Source of the DNA: an uncultured Caulobacteraceae bacterium
GTDB lineage: Bacteria > Pseudomonadota > Alphaproteobacteria > Caulobacterales > Caulobacteraceae
Length of the DNA stretch: 40,250 nucleotides
Reading direction: 5' to 3'
Assembly: GCA_964249945.1 (NCBI GenBank)
Contig: CAXUEN010000001.1
Location: forward strand, 309-40,558
Both the position numbers and the translations under genes were made by a program. The notes beneath the pieces were generated by a model. The model was not told where the DNA came from. It did no database searches and saw only the letters and a list, made by a program, of their open reading frames with translations. Within the stretch, counting starts at the first letter, position 1. Every line of letters begins with the position of its first letter. Below are positions 28,649 to 38,105 of the stretch, in pieces.

Positions 28649-30838
28649 ATGGACGCCCCCCTCGCGCTGCCGTATCCCGCCGGCGGCCTCGCTGCGCCTG
28701 CGCCTCCGCGCGACTCCGAAGGGGTGATGAAGGCGATCAACACCTATCGCCGGCACGCGCCTCTGTTCCTGGCCGTGCTGGGGTTGATCGTGCTGCTGGC
28801 GCTGGCCTACAGCCTGCTGCAGACGCCGCGCTACACCGCCACCTCTTCGGTGATGATCGCGCCGCGCAAGGCCGAGGTCGGCGCGGAGAGCACCGCCCCC
28901 ACTGACGGCGTCACCGACGCCAACGTCGACAGCCAGGTGGAGGTGCTGAAGTCCGGCCTGCTGGCCGGCGCTGTGGTGGACGCCCTGCACCTGACCGACG
29001 ACCGCGCCTTCATGGCCAGCCTCGATCCGCCGGGTCCGCTGGCCTTCCTGCACGGCGGGGCGAAACGGCCCCCGGTCTACATCAGCCGGGCCGCCGCGGT
29101 CGACAAGCTGGAGAAGCGCCTGGCCATCCGCCGGGTCGCCCAGACCCTGGTGCTGGAGATCGGCTTCTCCAGCTCCAACGCCGATCTCGCCGCCCGCATC
29201 GCCAACGGCTACGCCAACGCCTTCGTGGCCCAGTCCATGGGCTTCAAGCTGCAGGACAGCCGCTCGTCCAACGGCCTGCTCGCCTCCCAGCTCGACAAGC
29301 TGCGTGCACAGGTTGAGGCGGCCGAGACCGCCGTCAGCCAGTACAAGGTGCAGCACAACCTGCTCAGCGTCGCCGGCTCCACCATGGCGGAGCAGGAGAT
29401 CGTATCCCTCGACCAGGAGGTCGCCGCCAACCGCGCCTCCGCCGCCGAGGCCGCAGCCCGGCTCGGCACCGCCCGCCAGCAGATGGCGCGCGGCTCCCAC
29501 GGCGACGACCTGGGTGAATCGCTTAACTCGCCGGTGATCCAGGAGCTGCGCAAGGAGCGGAGCGAAGCGAGCGGCAAGCTGGCGGACCTGCAGGTCCGTT
29601 TCGGCTCGCGCTTCCCCGACGTGATCTCCACCCAGCAGCAGATCGCCGACATCGACCGCCAGATCGACGCGGAGATCAAGCGCCTGATCTCCAACCTCGA
29701 CGCCCAGAACCAGGTGGCCGCTCGCCGCGTCGGCTCGCTGCAGGGCAGCGTGGGCTCCGCCCGCGGCCAGCTCACCACCGCCAATACCGCGAGCGTGCGG
29801 CTGAACGAGCTGCAGCGCACCGCGGACTCCGAGCGCACCCTCTACGAGGGCGTGCTGAACCGGGTGAAGGAGACCCAGACCCAGGAGGCGACCGCCGAGC
29901 CGGACGCGCGGGTGTCGAACTACGCCGTCACGCCGCCGTATCCGAGTTCGCCCAAGCTCGCCATCAACCTGCTGATCGGCGTGCTGCTCGGGACCGGGGC
30001 GGCCATAGCCCTGGTGGTGCTGCGCGAGGAGACAGACACGGGCCTTCGCACCCTGGAGGACGTGGAGCAGCGGCTGCGCGTGCCCTACTTCGGGGCCTTG
30101 CCGACGCTGAAGTCCTCGGTGCACCGGCCGCGCTCGCGCAGCGCCACCGACTCGCTGCAGCAGCACGCCTCCTCCAGCTTCGCCGAGGCGTTCCGGGGCT
30201 TGGCCGCGGCGCTGGTGAACTCCACGGGCCGGCCCGGCCCGAAGATCGTGGTCTTCACCTCGGCCCTGCCCAAGGAAGGCAAGACCACCGCCGCGGTCTG
30301 CTTGGCCCGCATCACCGCCATGGCGGGGCTGAAGGTGGTGCTGGTCGACTGCGACCTGCGCCGCCCGTCGGTGGCCCAGACCTGCCGGATCACCCCGCGC
30401 ACAGGGCTGCTCGACGTGCTGGACGGCCGCACGAGGCTGGACGAGGCGCTGATCACCGACGAGAAGACCAACCTGGCGATCCTGCCGCTGATGGCGGAGG
30501 TGACCGCCGACCGCTCCCCCGTCACCTCGCCCGAGATGGACCGCCTTCTGGCCGAGCTGAAGTCGCGCTTCGACCTGGTGCTGCTCGACACCTCTCCCGT
30601 GCTTCCCGTCATCGAGAGCCGCCTGCTGAGCCAGAAGGCCGACGCCGTCGTCATGATGGTCCGCTGGCGCAAGACCCCGGAGAAAGCCGCCAGCATGGCC
30701 ATCCACCTGCTGCGCGAGCTGAACGTGAAGATCGCGGGCGTCGCGCTCACTCGTGTGGACCTGAAGGCCCAGGCGCGCTCCGGCTACGGCGACCCCACCT
30801 TCTACTACTCCCGCTACAAAGGGTACTACGTCTCCTGA
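28649..30838 (+). CDS. wzc: Wzc/GumC polysaccharide co-polymerase with BY-kinase domain
   Basis: Two TMs flanking a coiled coil; Walker A SALPKEGKTT, A' VDCDLRRP, B LLDTSP; Tyr tail YGDPTFYYSRYKGYY. Confidence 0.95.
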   Translation: MDAPLALPYPAGGLAAPAPPRDSEGVMKAINTYRRHAPLFLAVLGLIVLLALAYSLLQTPRYTATSSVMIAPRKAEVGAESTAPTDGVTDANVDSQVEVLKSGLLAGAVVDALHLTDDRAFMASLDPPGPLAFLHGGAKRPPVYISRAAAVDKLEKRLAIRRVAQTLVLEIGFSSSNADLAARIANGYANAFVAQSMGFKLQDSRSSNGLLASQLDKLRAQVEAAETAVSQYKVQHNLLSVAGSTMAEQEIVSLDQEVAANRASAAEAAARLGTARQQMARGSHGDDLGESLNSPVIQELRKERSEASGKLADLQVRFGSRFPDVISTQQQIADIDRQIDAEIKRLISNLDAQNQVAARRVGSLQGSVGSARGQLTTANTASVRLNELQRTADSERTLYEGVLNRVKETQTQEATAEPDARVSNYAVTPPYPSSPKLAINLLIGVLLGTGAAIALVVLREETDTGLRTLEDVEQRLRVPYFGALPTLKSSVHRPRSRSATDSLQQHASSSFAEAFRGLAAALVNSTGRPGPKIVVFTSALPKEGKTTAAVCLARITAMAGLKVVLVDCDLRRPSVAQTCRITPRTGLLDVLDGRTRLDEALITDEKTNLAILPLMAEVTADRSPVTSPEMDRLLAELKSRFDLVLLDTSPVLPVIESRLLSQKADAVVMMVRWRKTPEKAASMAIHLLRELNVKIAGVALTRVDLKAQARSGYGDPTFYYSRYKGYYVS

Positions 30839-30857
30839 CGCGCGCGAGGATTGGACA

Positions 30858-31205
30858 ATGAGACGCCTGGCTGTCCTCCTGGGGCTGGCGCTTGTCGTTT
30901 CGACCGCCGCGAAGGCGGAAGACCTCTATAAGCCCTATCGTTTCTGCGTGGCCTCCAGCGCAGCCAGGAAAGAGATATACTACTCTGCCGTATTCAAGCT
31001 GGACTCGGACGAATCGCTCAGCAATGGGTGGCGGCAGCACCTCCTCCTGTACCATTCAGGCGCTGACGCCGGCTCGATGGATTGCAGCCAGGCTTCAGAG
31101 ACGAAAGCCGGGGCTTTGGTCGCCAGGGACTCGGCCGTAAGCCATCTTCGCCGTGGAGGGATGGATCTGCGCGCGGTGGACACGGATTGGACGCCAGGTC
31201 ACTAG
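30858..31205 (+). CDS. Hypothetical secreted protein
   Basis: Signal peptide ending AKA-E and two Cys. Confidence 0.65.
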   Translation: MRRLAVLLGLALVVSTAAKAEDLYKPYRFCVASSAARKEIYYSAVFKLDSDESLSNGWRQHLLLYHSGADAGSMDCSQASETKAGALVARDSAVSHLRRGGMDLRAVDTDWTPGH

Positions 31206-31326
31206 CCGGAGCGCGTGTTCAGCCAAGCGAAGTCTCAAAGAAAACCTGCTATCAGGACGATCCGAAGCCCAGGCGGTGGCGACGTGGGCGCCGCTGGGCG
31301 TTCACGGGCTGGACCGGAGGAGCAAC

Positions 31327-31797
31327 ATGCGCGGGCTGATCACCGGCGCGATCGTGTTGGCCATCATCGCCGCCGATGTCTCGCGGGCGGCGGAGTCGCC
31401 CTTCGCCGATGATCCCCTTGTCCTGCATGGAAGCTGCAGCGCCGACAGCCATACCAGCGAAGGCCCGGCAAACACGGACCTCACGCAACAGCAGATGCGC
31501 TTCTTCTGTGATGCGGCGACGATCATCGAGTACAAGAATGACAAGAACCGCCTGCTGATAGGCTTCTCGAACTACGAGTCTCTACATGATCCTATCGTAT
31601 CCTTCGACGGGGAGCTCAGCGACGCCGATCGACTGGAGGTGACCAGCGTCTCGAAGCCCCATACATCGGGAGAGGTTGACGAAGGCCTCTGCACCATCTT
31701 TCGGAACGGGCGCGGTATCTCTCGCATCTTCTGTGGGGCGACGGTCAAGACCTTCGGGAGGCGAGAGGTCGAAATGATCAACTTCTTTGTGCACTGA
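31327..31797 (+). CDS. Hypothetical secreted protein
   Basis: GGAGGAG RBS before ATG 31327; signal peptide; four Cys. Confidence 0.65.
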   Translation: MRGLITGAIVLAIIAADVSRAAESPFADDPLVLHGSCSADSHTSEGPANTDLTQQQMRFFCDAATIIEYKNDKNRLLIGFSNYESLHDPIVSFDGELSDADRLEVTSVSKPHTSGEVDEGLCTIFRNGRGISRIFCGATVKTFGRREVEMINFFVH

Positions 31798-31896
31798 CCA
31801 TGGGCGGCTGAAACGCTGGCAAAGGCTTTCCAGCGCAGCGCCGCCGCAACGACAATCAAGCCGAGGTGGTTGACTCGCCAAACGTGGAGACGACGG

Positions 31897-32988
31897 ATGG
31901 ACGAGATCGAACGGGCGCAGGCCAACCTGGTCGTCCACACCACCACGCCCCTGAACGCGGAGCCGTCGATGGACCGGCTCGTCGCCAGCTTCGTCACCCC
32001 GCAGAGCCAGCTCTACATCCGCACCCACGGCGAGGTTCAGCACCTGGACGGCGCTGTCCACAGGGTGAGAGTGACCGGCCGCGTGGATCGGGAGATGGAC
32101 TTCAGCCTCGCCGAACTCCGGTCGCGGTTCGCCAGCCGCCAGGTGATGGCGGTGCTGCAGTGCGCCGGCAATCGTCGCGCCGACCTGCAGCAGGTCGCCA
32201 AGACCGCGGGCGATCCCTGGCAGGCCGGCGCGATCGGCAATGTGGAGTGGACGGGCGTCCTGCTCCGCGACGTGCTGGCCGCCGCGGGCGCGCCGGCGAC
32301 AGGCGCCCTGCAGGTCGCCTTCTACACCGCGGACCAGATCGAGGTGGAGGGCGAGAAGGGCCGCTACGGCGTTTCCATCCCGCTGGCCAAGGCCATGCAG
32401 GACGAGGTCCTGCTGGCCTTCGGGGCCAATGGCGAAGCGCTGGCGCCCGAGCACGGCTTTCCCGTGCGCGTGATCGTCCCCGGCTACGCCGGCGTGCGCA
32501 GCGCCAAATGGCTGAGCGAGATCAGGGTGCAGGACGAACCGGCCGACAGCCCCATCCAGCGCCATGACTACAAGTTCTTCCCCGCCAGCGTCGCCAGGGT
32601 GGACGCCGATTGGGACAAGGGCCTCACCATCGACGCCATGCCCATCAACTCCGCCATCTGCACGCCGCGGCAGGGGCAGACGCTGGAGTCCGGGCCGATC
32701 AGGCTGGCGGGTTGGGCCACGGCGTCCGGGCGCTCGATCAGTCGCGTGGACGTATCCATCAATGGCGGCCGCAGCTGGTCCCAGGCCACCCTCGAGCAGA
32801 ACGCCGATGCGCCCAGCGCCTGGACGCTGTGGCGGTTCCAGGCCGAACTCGAGAAGGGGGAGCACGAGCTGGTAGTGCGCGCCTGGGACAATGCCATGCA
32901 GACCCAGCCCGGCGAGCCCGACCAGACCTGGAACTTCGCCGGCTACCTGGCTACTCACCAGCACCGTATCCACGTCAGCGTGGGTTGA
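31897..32988 (+). CDS. Sulfite oxidase family molybdopterin oxidoreductase
   Basis: Motifs PLNAEP, YIRTHG, Moco Cys in LQCAGNRR and HGFPVRVIVPGYAGVRSAKWL; dimer domain with VDVS.NGG.SW, RAWD and QP. Confidence 0.93.
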   Translation: MDEIERAQANLVVHTTTPLNAEPSMDRLVASFVTPQSQLYIRTHGEVQHLDGAVHRVRVTGRVDREMDFSLAELRSRFASRQVMAVLQCAGNRRADLQQVAKTAGDPWQAGAIGNVEWTGVLLRDVLAAAGAPATGALQVAFYTADQIEVEGEKGRYGVSIPLAKAMQDEVLLAFGANGEALAPEHGFPVRVIVPGYAGVRSAKWLSEIRVQDEPADSPIQRHDYKFFPASVARVDADWDKGLTIDAMPINSAICTPRQGQTLESGPIRLAGWATASGRSISRVDVSINGGRSWSQATLEQNADAPSAWTLWRFQAELEKGEHELVVRAWDNAMQTQPGEPDQTWNFAGYLATHQHRIHVSVG

Positions 32989-33285
32989 GGCTTCGTTGAC
33001 CAGGAGGCCCCGACGAGGCGCCAAGCCCCGTGGTCGTGGTCACGGGCCAAGGAGGCGCCCCGCGCGCGATCGATCGGGCGGAGAGGGAAAGGGTCGACCC
33101 CGCCGCCTTCAGGGCCTCGGTGCAGGCGGCTGCGGACGACCAAGGCCCCCAAGCGTCAGGGACGTTGACGGTGGCGGCCAGGGATGTACGCGACGGTTCC
33201 CTTCGGGGCCCTGGAGGTGGAGCAAGGCCGAGGTCGGCTGAGGGCGTGAACTTCCGGCGCCGACGGAGGGTGGGCGAGCCTCCGG

Positions 33286-33780
33286 TCACCAGAACCGGCT
33301 TCCTGGGACGCCCTTGAACGGACCCGCTTCGCGGGAGGTGATCCAGCCGCCATAGAAGCCGCCGGGCTGAGGCGTGATCTGCTCGGCATCGACGGTGCAG
33401 GCGTCAAAGGGCGAGGCGTAGAAGGCGACGTGATGCTGCAGGATCGCGAAGCCGGGCGTAGGCGCGGCATAGCTCCATGCCGCTGCTGGCGCGCGCTCAC
33501 CTGCGAGCTCGACGTCAAAATAGGCGGCCCAGCCCTTCCACTCGCAGAACGAGCGGTGATCGCTCGGGCGAAGAACCGACGGGTTCACGTCGTCGCGGGG
33601 GAAGTAGTAGGTCGGCGGATGGCTCGTCTCCAGGGTGCGAACGCCCTTGAGGGTGTCCGCCACGATCACCCCGCGGTGCACGATCCGCAAGCGCCGGGAG
33701 GTGGCTTCGGCGATTGCGGGCCGCGGATAGGCCCAGACGCTCTCCTGGCCTGGCGCCGCCTTGTCCGGCTGGGGCTTCAT
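33286..33780 (-). CDS. DUF427 (NTP_transf_9) domain protein
   Basis: Motifs ESVWAYPRP, LETSHPPTYYFP, SFCEWKG.A.Y, AAWSY and FYGGWIT; ATG 33780 overlaps the upstream stop. Confidence 0.88.
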   Translation of the reverse strand: MKPQPDKAAPGQESVWAYPRPAIAEATSRRLRIVHRGVIVADTLKGVRTLETSHPPTYYFPRDDVNPSVLRPSDHRSFCEWKGWAAYFDVELAGERAPAAAWSYAAPTPGFAILQHHVAFYASPFDACTVDAEQITPQPGGFYGGWITSREAGPFKGVPGSRFW

Positions 33781-34145
33781 GCACCCTCCCGGGCCGCGTC
33801 CAGCCGACGCACGAGCCGTTGCAGCAAGGGCCGGGCCAGCAGAAAGGCGCCGTAGAGCCGTTCCAGCAGCCGCAGCACCCGCGGCGATCGCGCCATGAGC
33901 CCCAAAGGGCGAAGGACCGGGATGGCGCGCCACATGGCGGCGAAGGCGGCCGCGCCTTCGAGCAGCCGGCCGTCCTCCCGGGCATGGAGCTGCGCCAGCA
34001 TGTCCCCTCTCGGCAGGGGGCAGGCTGCGGCCTCACGCGCGTCCACGAAGGCGATGGCACGGCGGTGGTCCAGCCGGCCCATCAAGGCGATCTCGCGCCG
34101 GCATAGCGGACAGCCTCCATCGAACCAGACCACGACCTCGCTCAT
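33777..34145 (-). CDS. DCC family (DUF393) thiol-disulfide oxidoreductase
   Basis: Motifs WFDGGCPLCRREI and GAAAFAAMW. Confidence 0.88.
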   Translation of the reverse strand: MSEVVVWFDGGCPLCRREIALMGRLDHRRAIAFVDAREAAACPLPRGDMLAQLHAREDGRLLEGAAAFAAMWRAIPVLRPLGLMARSPRVLRLLERLYGAFLLARPLLQRLVRRLDAAREGA

Positions 34146-34638
34146 GGGCTTGCATATAGGAGGGCCGTCCCTTTCTGCGACTGGAGCTGCGCCGCCCGGT
34201 CGAGCAGCTGCTTGGCGACCACCTGGCCCGTCAGGCCGCGCGCGGCGAGGTCAGGCGGCGCCGAGAAGGCCTCGACTACCAGGCCACGGTCCGTCGCCGC
34301 GCTCCACACCATCCAGAGGAAGCCGAGGCCCAGCAGCACGCCCACGGCCACCAGGAAGGCCTGCAGCGCGACGCGCCTGCGTTAGGCCACACGGCGCAGC
34401 TTCGGGTAGTCGAGCTGGACCTCGCGCTGCTCGTGCAGGTGCTCGGTCTGGACGTCGATGAGGTGGGCCTGCTTGTCGAGATAGAGGCCGGCCTTGCGGC
34501 TGAGGTCCGGGTCGAAGCGGGCCGCATTCATGGCGACGCTGGCGGCGATCGGGTCCGCGGCGCGGGCAGGCCCTCGGCCTCGCCCTCCGAAGCGTCTTCC
34601 CCGCCGAACAACCGCTCGACGCGTCCCCCTTCGGCCAT
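34142..34638 (-). pseudogene. Disrupted N-terminal fragment of a membrane-anchored protein (resembles the N-terminus of large TPR proteins)
   Basis: ATG 34638 with GGAGGGG RBS reads MAEGGRVERLFGG; frameshift near 34560 to ADPIAASVA...; in-frame TAA at 34382-34384; then a TM and DRGLVVEAFSAPPDLAARGLTGQVVA; truncated at the DCC gene. Confidence 0.6.
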
Positions 34639-34868
34639 GTCCCCCCTCCCTCGACCGGACCTGCCTGGACGGCGGAGCTGACCATCGCAATACGGCGCGC
34701 CGTCGCGGTCCTGCGACGGCGTCGCCGCGTTCTCTGCGACGTTACAGTCCGATGTGGGCCGTCCAGCGCCGCCGCTCGCCTCCGGTCGCCCGCCCCTGCG
34801 CCGGGACGGGCTCTGGAGCCGTAAGCGGACATGCGGAACGCGGGCGAAAGGGTGGGTAACGGTCCTTC

Positions 34869-35333
34869 CTAAGGGCTTTCTCGAATGCAGCGACCATCAG
34901 CGGGAGGCGAGTGGTTCTGGCCAGCGAATGTGGCTGCGAATGTAGCGTCGCCCGTGATCCGATTCATGGAGAAGGTGAAAGTGCCAATCCCCGCCTTACC
35001 ATCTTCTACATCGTTCACGTAATCAACCGCAACAACACCGAGGGTGCTGTTGGACAATACTGTCATAGGATAGTGCGCTTCTCCCGAAGCGACTAGATCA
35101 TCAGGGAATATGCGATCTAGCTTGCCTGCGGCGATCCGCACTTTAAAGGGGTTCATCTTACTCGGGTGACGCATCGTACACTGCCACTGCTGCTCAGGAG
35201 CATTGGGGGGGATAGGGTCGCCCACAGCAGCATTGTACTCCGGCGGGGGCAAGCCGGGCCCCGGCCATGCCGAATGTAGCGTGACGGCCTGTGCCAGCAG
35301 AACTAACGCAATCATCAGTCTAGCGTAGAACAT
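34869..35333 (-). CDS. Hypothetical secreted protein, lower GC than surroundings
   Basis: Signal peptide, two Cys and atypical codon usage. Confidence 0.6.
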   Translation of the reverse strand: MFYARLMIALVLLAQAVTLHSAWPGPGLPPPEYNAAVGDPIPPNAPEQQWQCTMRHPSKMNPFKVRIAAGKLDRIFPDDLVASGEAHYPMTVLSNSTLGVVAVDYVNDVEDGKAGIGTFTFSMNRITGDATFAATFAGQNHSPPADGRCIRESP

Positions 35334-35520
35334 GCTTCACTTACGTCCAAGAGGCTGAGCCCGAGTAGGGTCGAACTCGGTCGCCCGCACTCTGCCGGAA
35401 ACTCTGCCTGCGCCGCGTTCAGGCGCCGTTTCCATCCGGGGGACAGAGGCTGCCTCGGCGCCAGGGCCAGGCGACGTTTCGGACGTGGCGCGGGCTCACG
35501 ACAGGGAGGTAGGAAAGGCC

Positions 35521-36957
35521 ATGATCGACGCTGCCCGTCATGCCGTCAGGACCGACATTCCGGCCCGCCTGGACCGCTTGCCGTGGAGCCGTTTCCACCT
35601 TCTCGTCGTGGTCGCGCTGGGGATCACCTGGATACTTGACGGGCTGGAGGTGACGCTGGTCGGGGCGATCGGCCCGGTGCTGCAGTCCCGGGCGACGCTC
35701 GGCCTGTCCGCGTCCGACATCGGCGCGGTCGCCTCCTGCTACGTCGCGGGCGCGGTGGCGGGGGCGCTGCTGTTCGGCTGGGTCACCGACCGGTTCGGGC
35801 GGCGCGTGGTCTTCTTCCTCACCCTGGCCATCTACCTGACCGGGGTGATGCTGAGCGCCTGCGCCTGGGACTTCTGGAGCTTCGCGCTGTTCCGCATGCT
35901 GACGGGGGTGGGCATCGGGGGCGAGTACGCCGCGATCAACTCCGCCATCGACGAGCTGATCCCCGCCAGGTTCCGCGGCCGCGTCGACCTGCTGGTCAAC
36001 GGCAGCTTCTGGATCGGCGCGGCGGCGGGGGCGGCGGCCTCGCCCCTGATGCTGGACCCGCACCTCCTGCCGGTGAACCTCGGCTGGCGGCTGGGCTTCG
36101 CCATCGGCGGGGTGCTGGGGCTGAGCGTGCTTTTCCTGCGCAGCATGGTCCCGGAAAGCCCGCGCTGGCTGGTCACCCACGGCCGGCTGGAGGCCGCCGA
36201 GGCGACCGTGGCGGAGGTGGAGGCGCGGGTCGAGGCGGCCACCGGCCGGCCGCTCGCCAAGGCCGAGGCCACGCTGGAGGTCCATCCCCACAAGGTGTTC
36301 GGCTTCGGGCTGATCCTGCGCACCCTGCTTGGCAAGTACCGCGGACGCAGCCTGCTGGCGCTGAGCCTGATGGTCGCCCAGGCCTTCCTCTACAATGCGG
36401 TCTTCTTCACCTACGGCGTCGTGCTGACGAAGTTCGAGCATGTCGCCGACCGGAGCGCGGGCCTCTATCTCCTGCCCCTGACGCTCGGCAACGTGTGCGG
36501 GCCGCTGGTGCTCGGGCCGCTGTTCGACACGGTCGGACGCAAGGCGATGATCGCCGGCGCCTTCGCGCTGTCCGGGCTCCTGCTGGCGGGGACGGCGGTT
36601 CTGTTCGGCATGGGCCTGCTCGACGCCGTCACCCAGACCCTGGCCTGGATGGTCATCTTCTTCTTCGCCTCGGCCGCGGCGAGTTCGGCCTACCTGACGG
36701 CCAGCGAGATCTTCCCGCTCGAGACCCGCGCCCTGGCGATCGCGACTTTCTATGCGCTCGGCACGCTGATCGGCGGCGTGACCTCTCCGCTGCTGTTCGG
36801 GCGGCTGATCGCCACGGGCTCGGCCTGGGCGCTCAGCGGCGGCTATGCGATCGCCGCCGTCCTCATGCTGCTGGCGGCCGCCATGGAGCTGGTCTTTGGG
36901 GTCGATGCGGAGGGCAAATCGCTCGAAAGCCTCGCCGACCCGCTCTCCGCCGCCTGA
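35521..36957 (+). CDS. MFS transporter (sugar/aromatic-acid-like)
   Basis: Motifs RLDRLPWSRFH, DRFGRR, GGEYAAINSAIDE.IP...RG, PESPRWL and SEIFP..TR; 12 TMs. Confidence 0.93.
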   Translation: MIDAARHAVRTDIPARLDRLPWSRFHLLVVVALGITWILDGLEVTLVGAIGPVLQSRATLGLSASDIGAVASCYVAGAVAGALLFGWVTDRFGRRVVFFLTLAIYLTGVMLSACAWDFWSFALFRMLTGVGIGGEYAAINSAIDELIPARFRGRVDLLVNGSFWIGAAAGAAASPLMLDPHLLPVNLGWRLGFAIGGVLGLSVLFLRSMVPESPRWLVTHGRLEAAEATVAEVEARVEAATGRPLAKAEATLEVHPHKVFGFGLILRTLLGKYRGRSLLALSLMVAQAFLYNAVFFTYGVVLTKFEHVADRSAGLYLLPLTLGNVCGPLVLGPLFDTVGRKAMIAGAFALSGLLLAGTAVLFGMGLLDAVTQTLAWMVIFFFASAAASSAYLTASEIFPLETRALAIATFYALGTLIGGVTSPLLFGRLIATGSAWALSGGYAIAAVLMLLAAAMELVFGVDAEGKSLESLADPLSAA

Positions 36958-37122
36958 CGGGGGCGGTCCGCGCGCCACCGGACGTGGCGACGCCGGCGCC
37001 TTCCTGCTATCGGCTCGAACGGCCGTCGTCGCCGGCCCGATAGTGGGGTCGACGGCGGACGAACAGGGATTTCCCATGCTGCAGCGGAACACCGTCATGG
37101 ACGACAGGAAGAGTAGCCTGTG

Positions 37123-38024
37123 ATGTCGTCCAAAGACACCGCCGAGAGGCGATCCATAAACCGCAGCGAACGGATAGCACAGTACTGCCCCTGCTGCCTG
37201 TCCGATCAGCACACCAAGTCTGCGGCGGTGCTCATGCCGTTCGTTTCGCATCGGGCGCTGGGATGGCGTCCGGTCCGGATCGACGAAAGCTGGGGGCTCG
37301 ACACTATCCCCAGCGGCAATGCCTATTCGCTCTGCAATTCCGTTCAATGCAAGGCGTGCGGCGCGCTCTTCCTCGATATTCGATTTTCGGACATCGAGAT
37401 GGGCAGTCTATACCATGAATACAGAGGTGAGGATTTCGCCTGAGAGAACATTACGAGCCGGGTTACCGCGCGCGCGACCGTCAGCTAAAGGCCGGCATTT
37501 CCTATATGGACGTGGTGGAAGGTTTCCTGCGCCCGCACCTCACCCTGCCGGTCGATGTCCTGGACTGGGGTGGGGATACGGGAAATAACACGCCCTTCCG
37601 CGACGCCGCCAAGACCTTCCACATCTATGACATCTCCCGCGTACCGCCAGTGGAGGGTGCATCATCGGTCGATCTGCAGGAGATGGAGAGGCAGGACTAC
37701 GATCTCATCGTATGCAGTAACGTCCTGGAACATGTTCCCCACCCGATCGAATTCCTTTCTACCGTTCGGACCTACGTAAAAAGCCGCACCCTGCTTTATC
37801 TGGAGGCGCCGTTTGAGCCTCTCATGGTCAGGAACCAGAAGAACGCCGATATCCTGGAGCGGAAAAGGCATTGGCACGAGCATATAAACTTCTTCACCCG
37901 GAAATCGCTTGAACGTCTTTGTGAAATCGCCGGCTTCCATATCCTGGAATTGCGGGTTTCGCCGGTCGGCGAGCGACCTGACGATGGTCATATCTTCCAG
38001 GCGCTTTGTCGCTTGGCCGAATAG
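37123..38024 (+). pseudogene. Frameshifted class I SAM methyltransferase with N-terminal Zn-ribbon
   Basis: 5' part has CPCC...CKAC and YRGEDFA. A -1 shift near 37440 continues LREHYEPGYRARDRQLKAGISYMDVVE into VLDWGGDTG, CSNVLEH and HEHINFF. Confidence 0.75.
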
Positions 38025-38105
38025 CGCCGGCTTCAAGATCGGCGGCGTCGGAACCGAAACAGCCCGATGGTGACGCGGCGGGGCATGCGTACGGCGCCAC
38101 AGCGC

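Noticed and set aside
28619-30706. Long antisense ORFs (695 aa here; also 174-1772, 11306-12538, 20183-21751, 31582-33024, 35419-37347, 38067-39440)
   Set aside because: Shadow frames of well-supported genes in high-GC DNA, with no motifs and biased composition.
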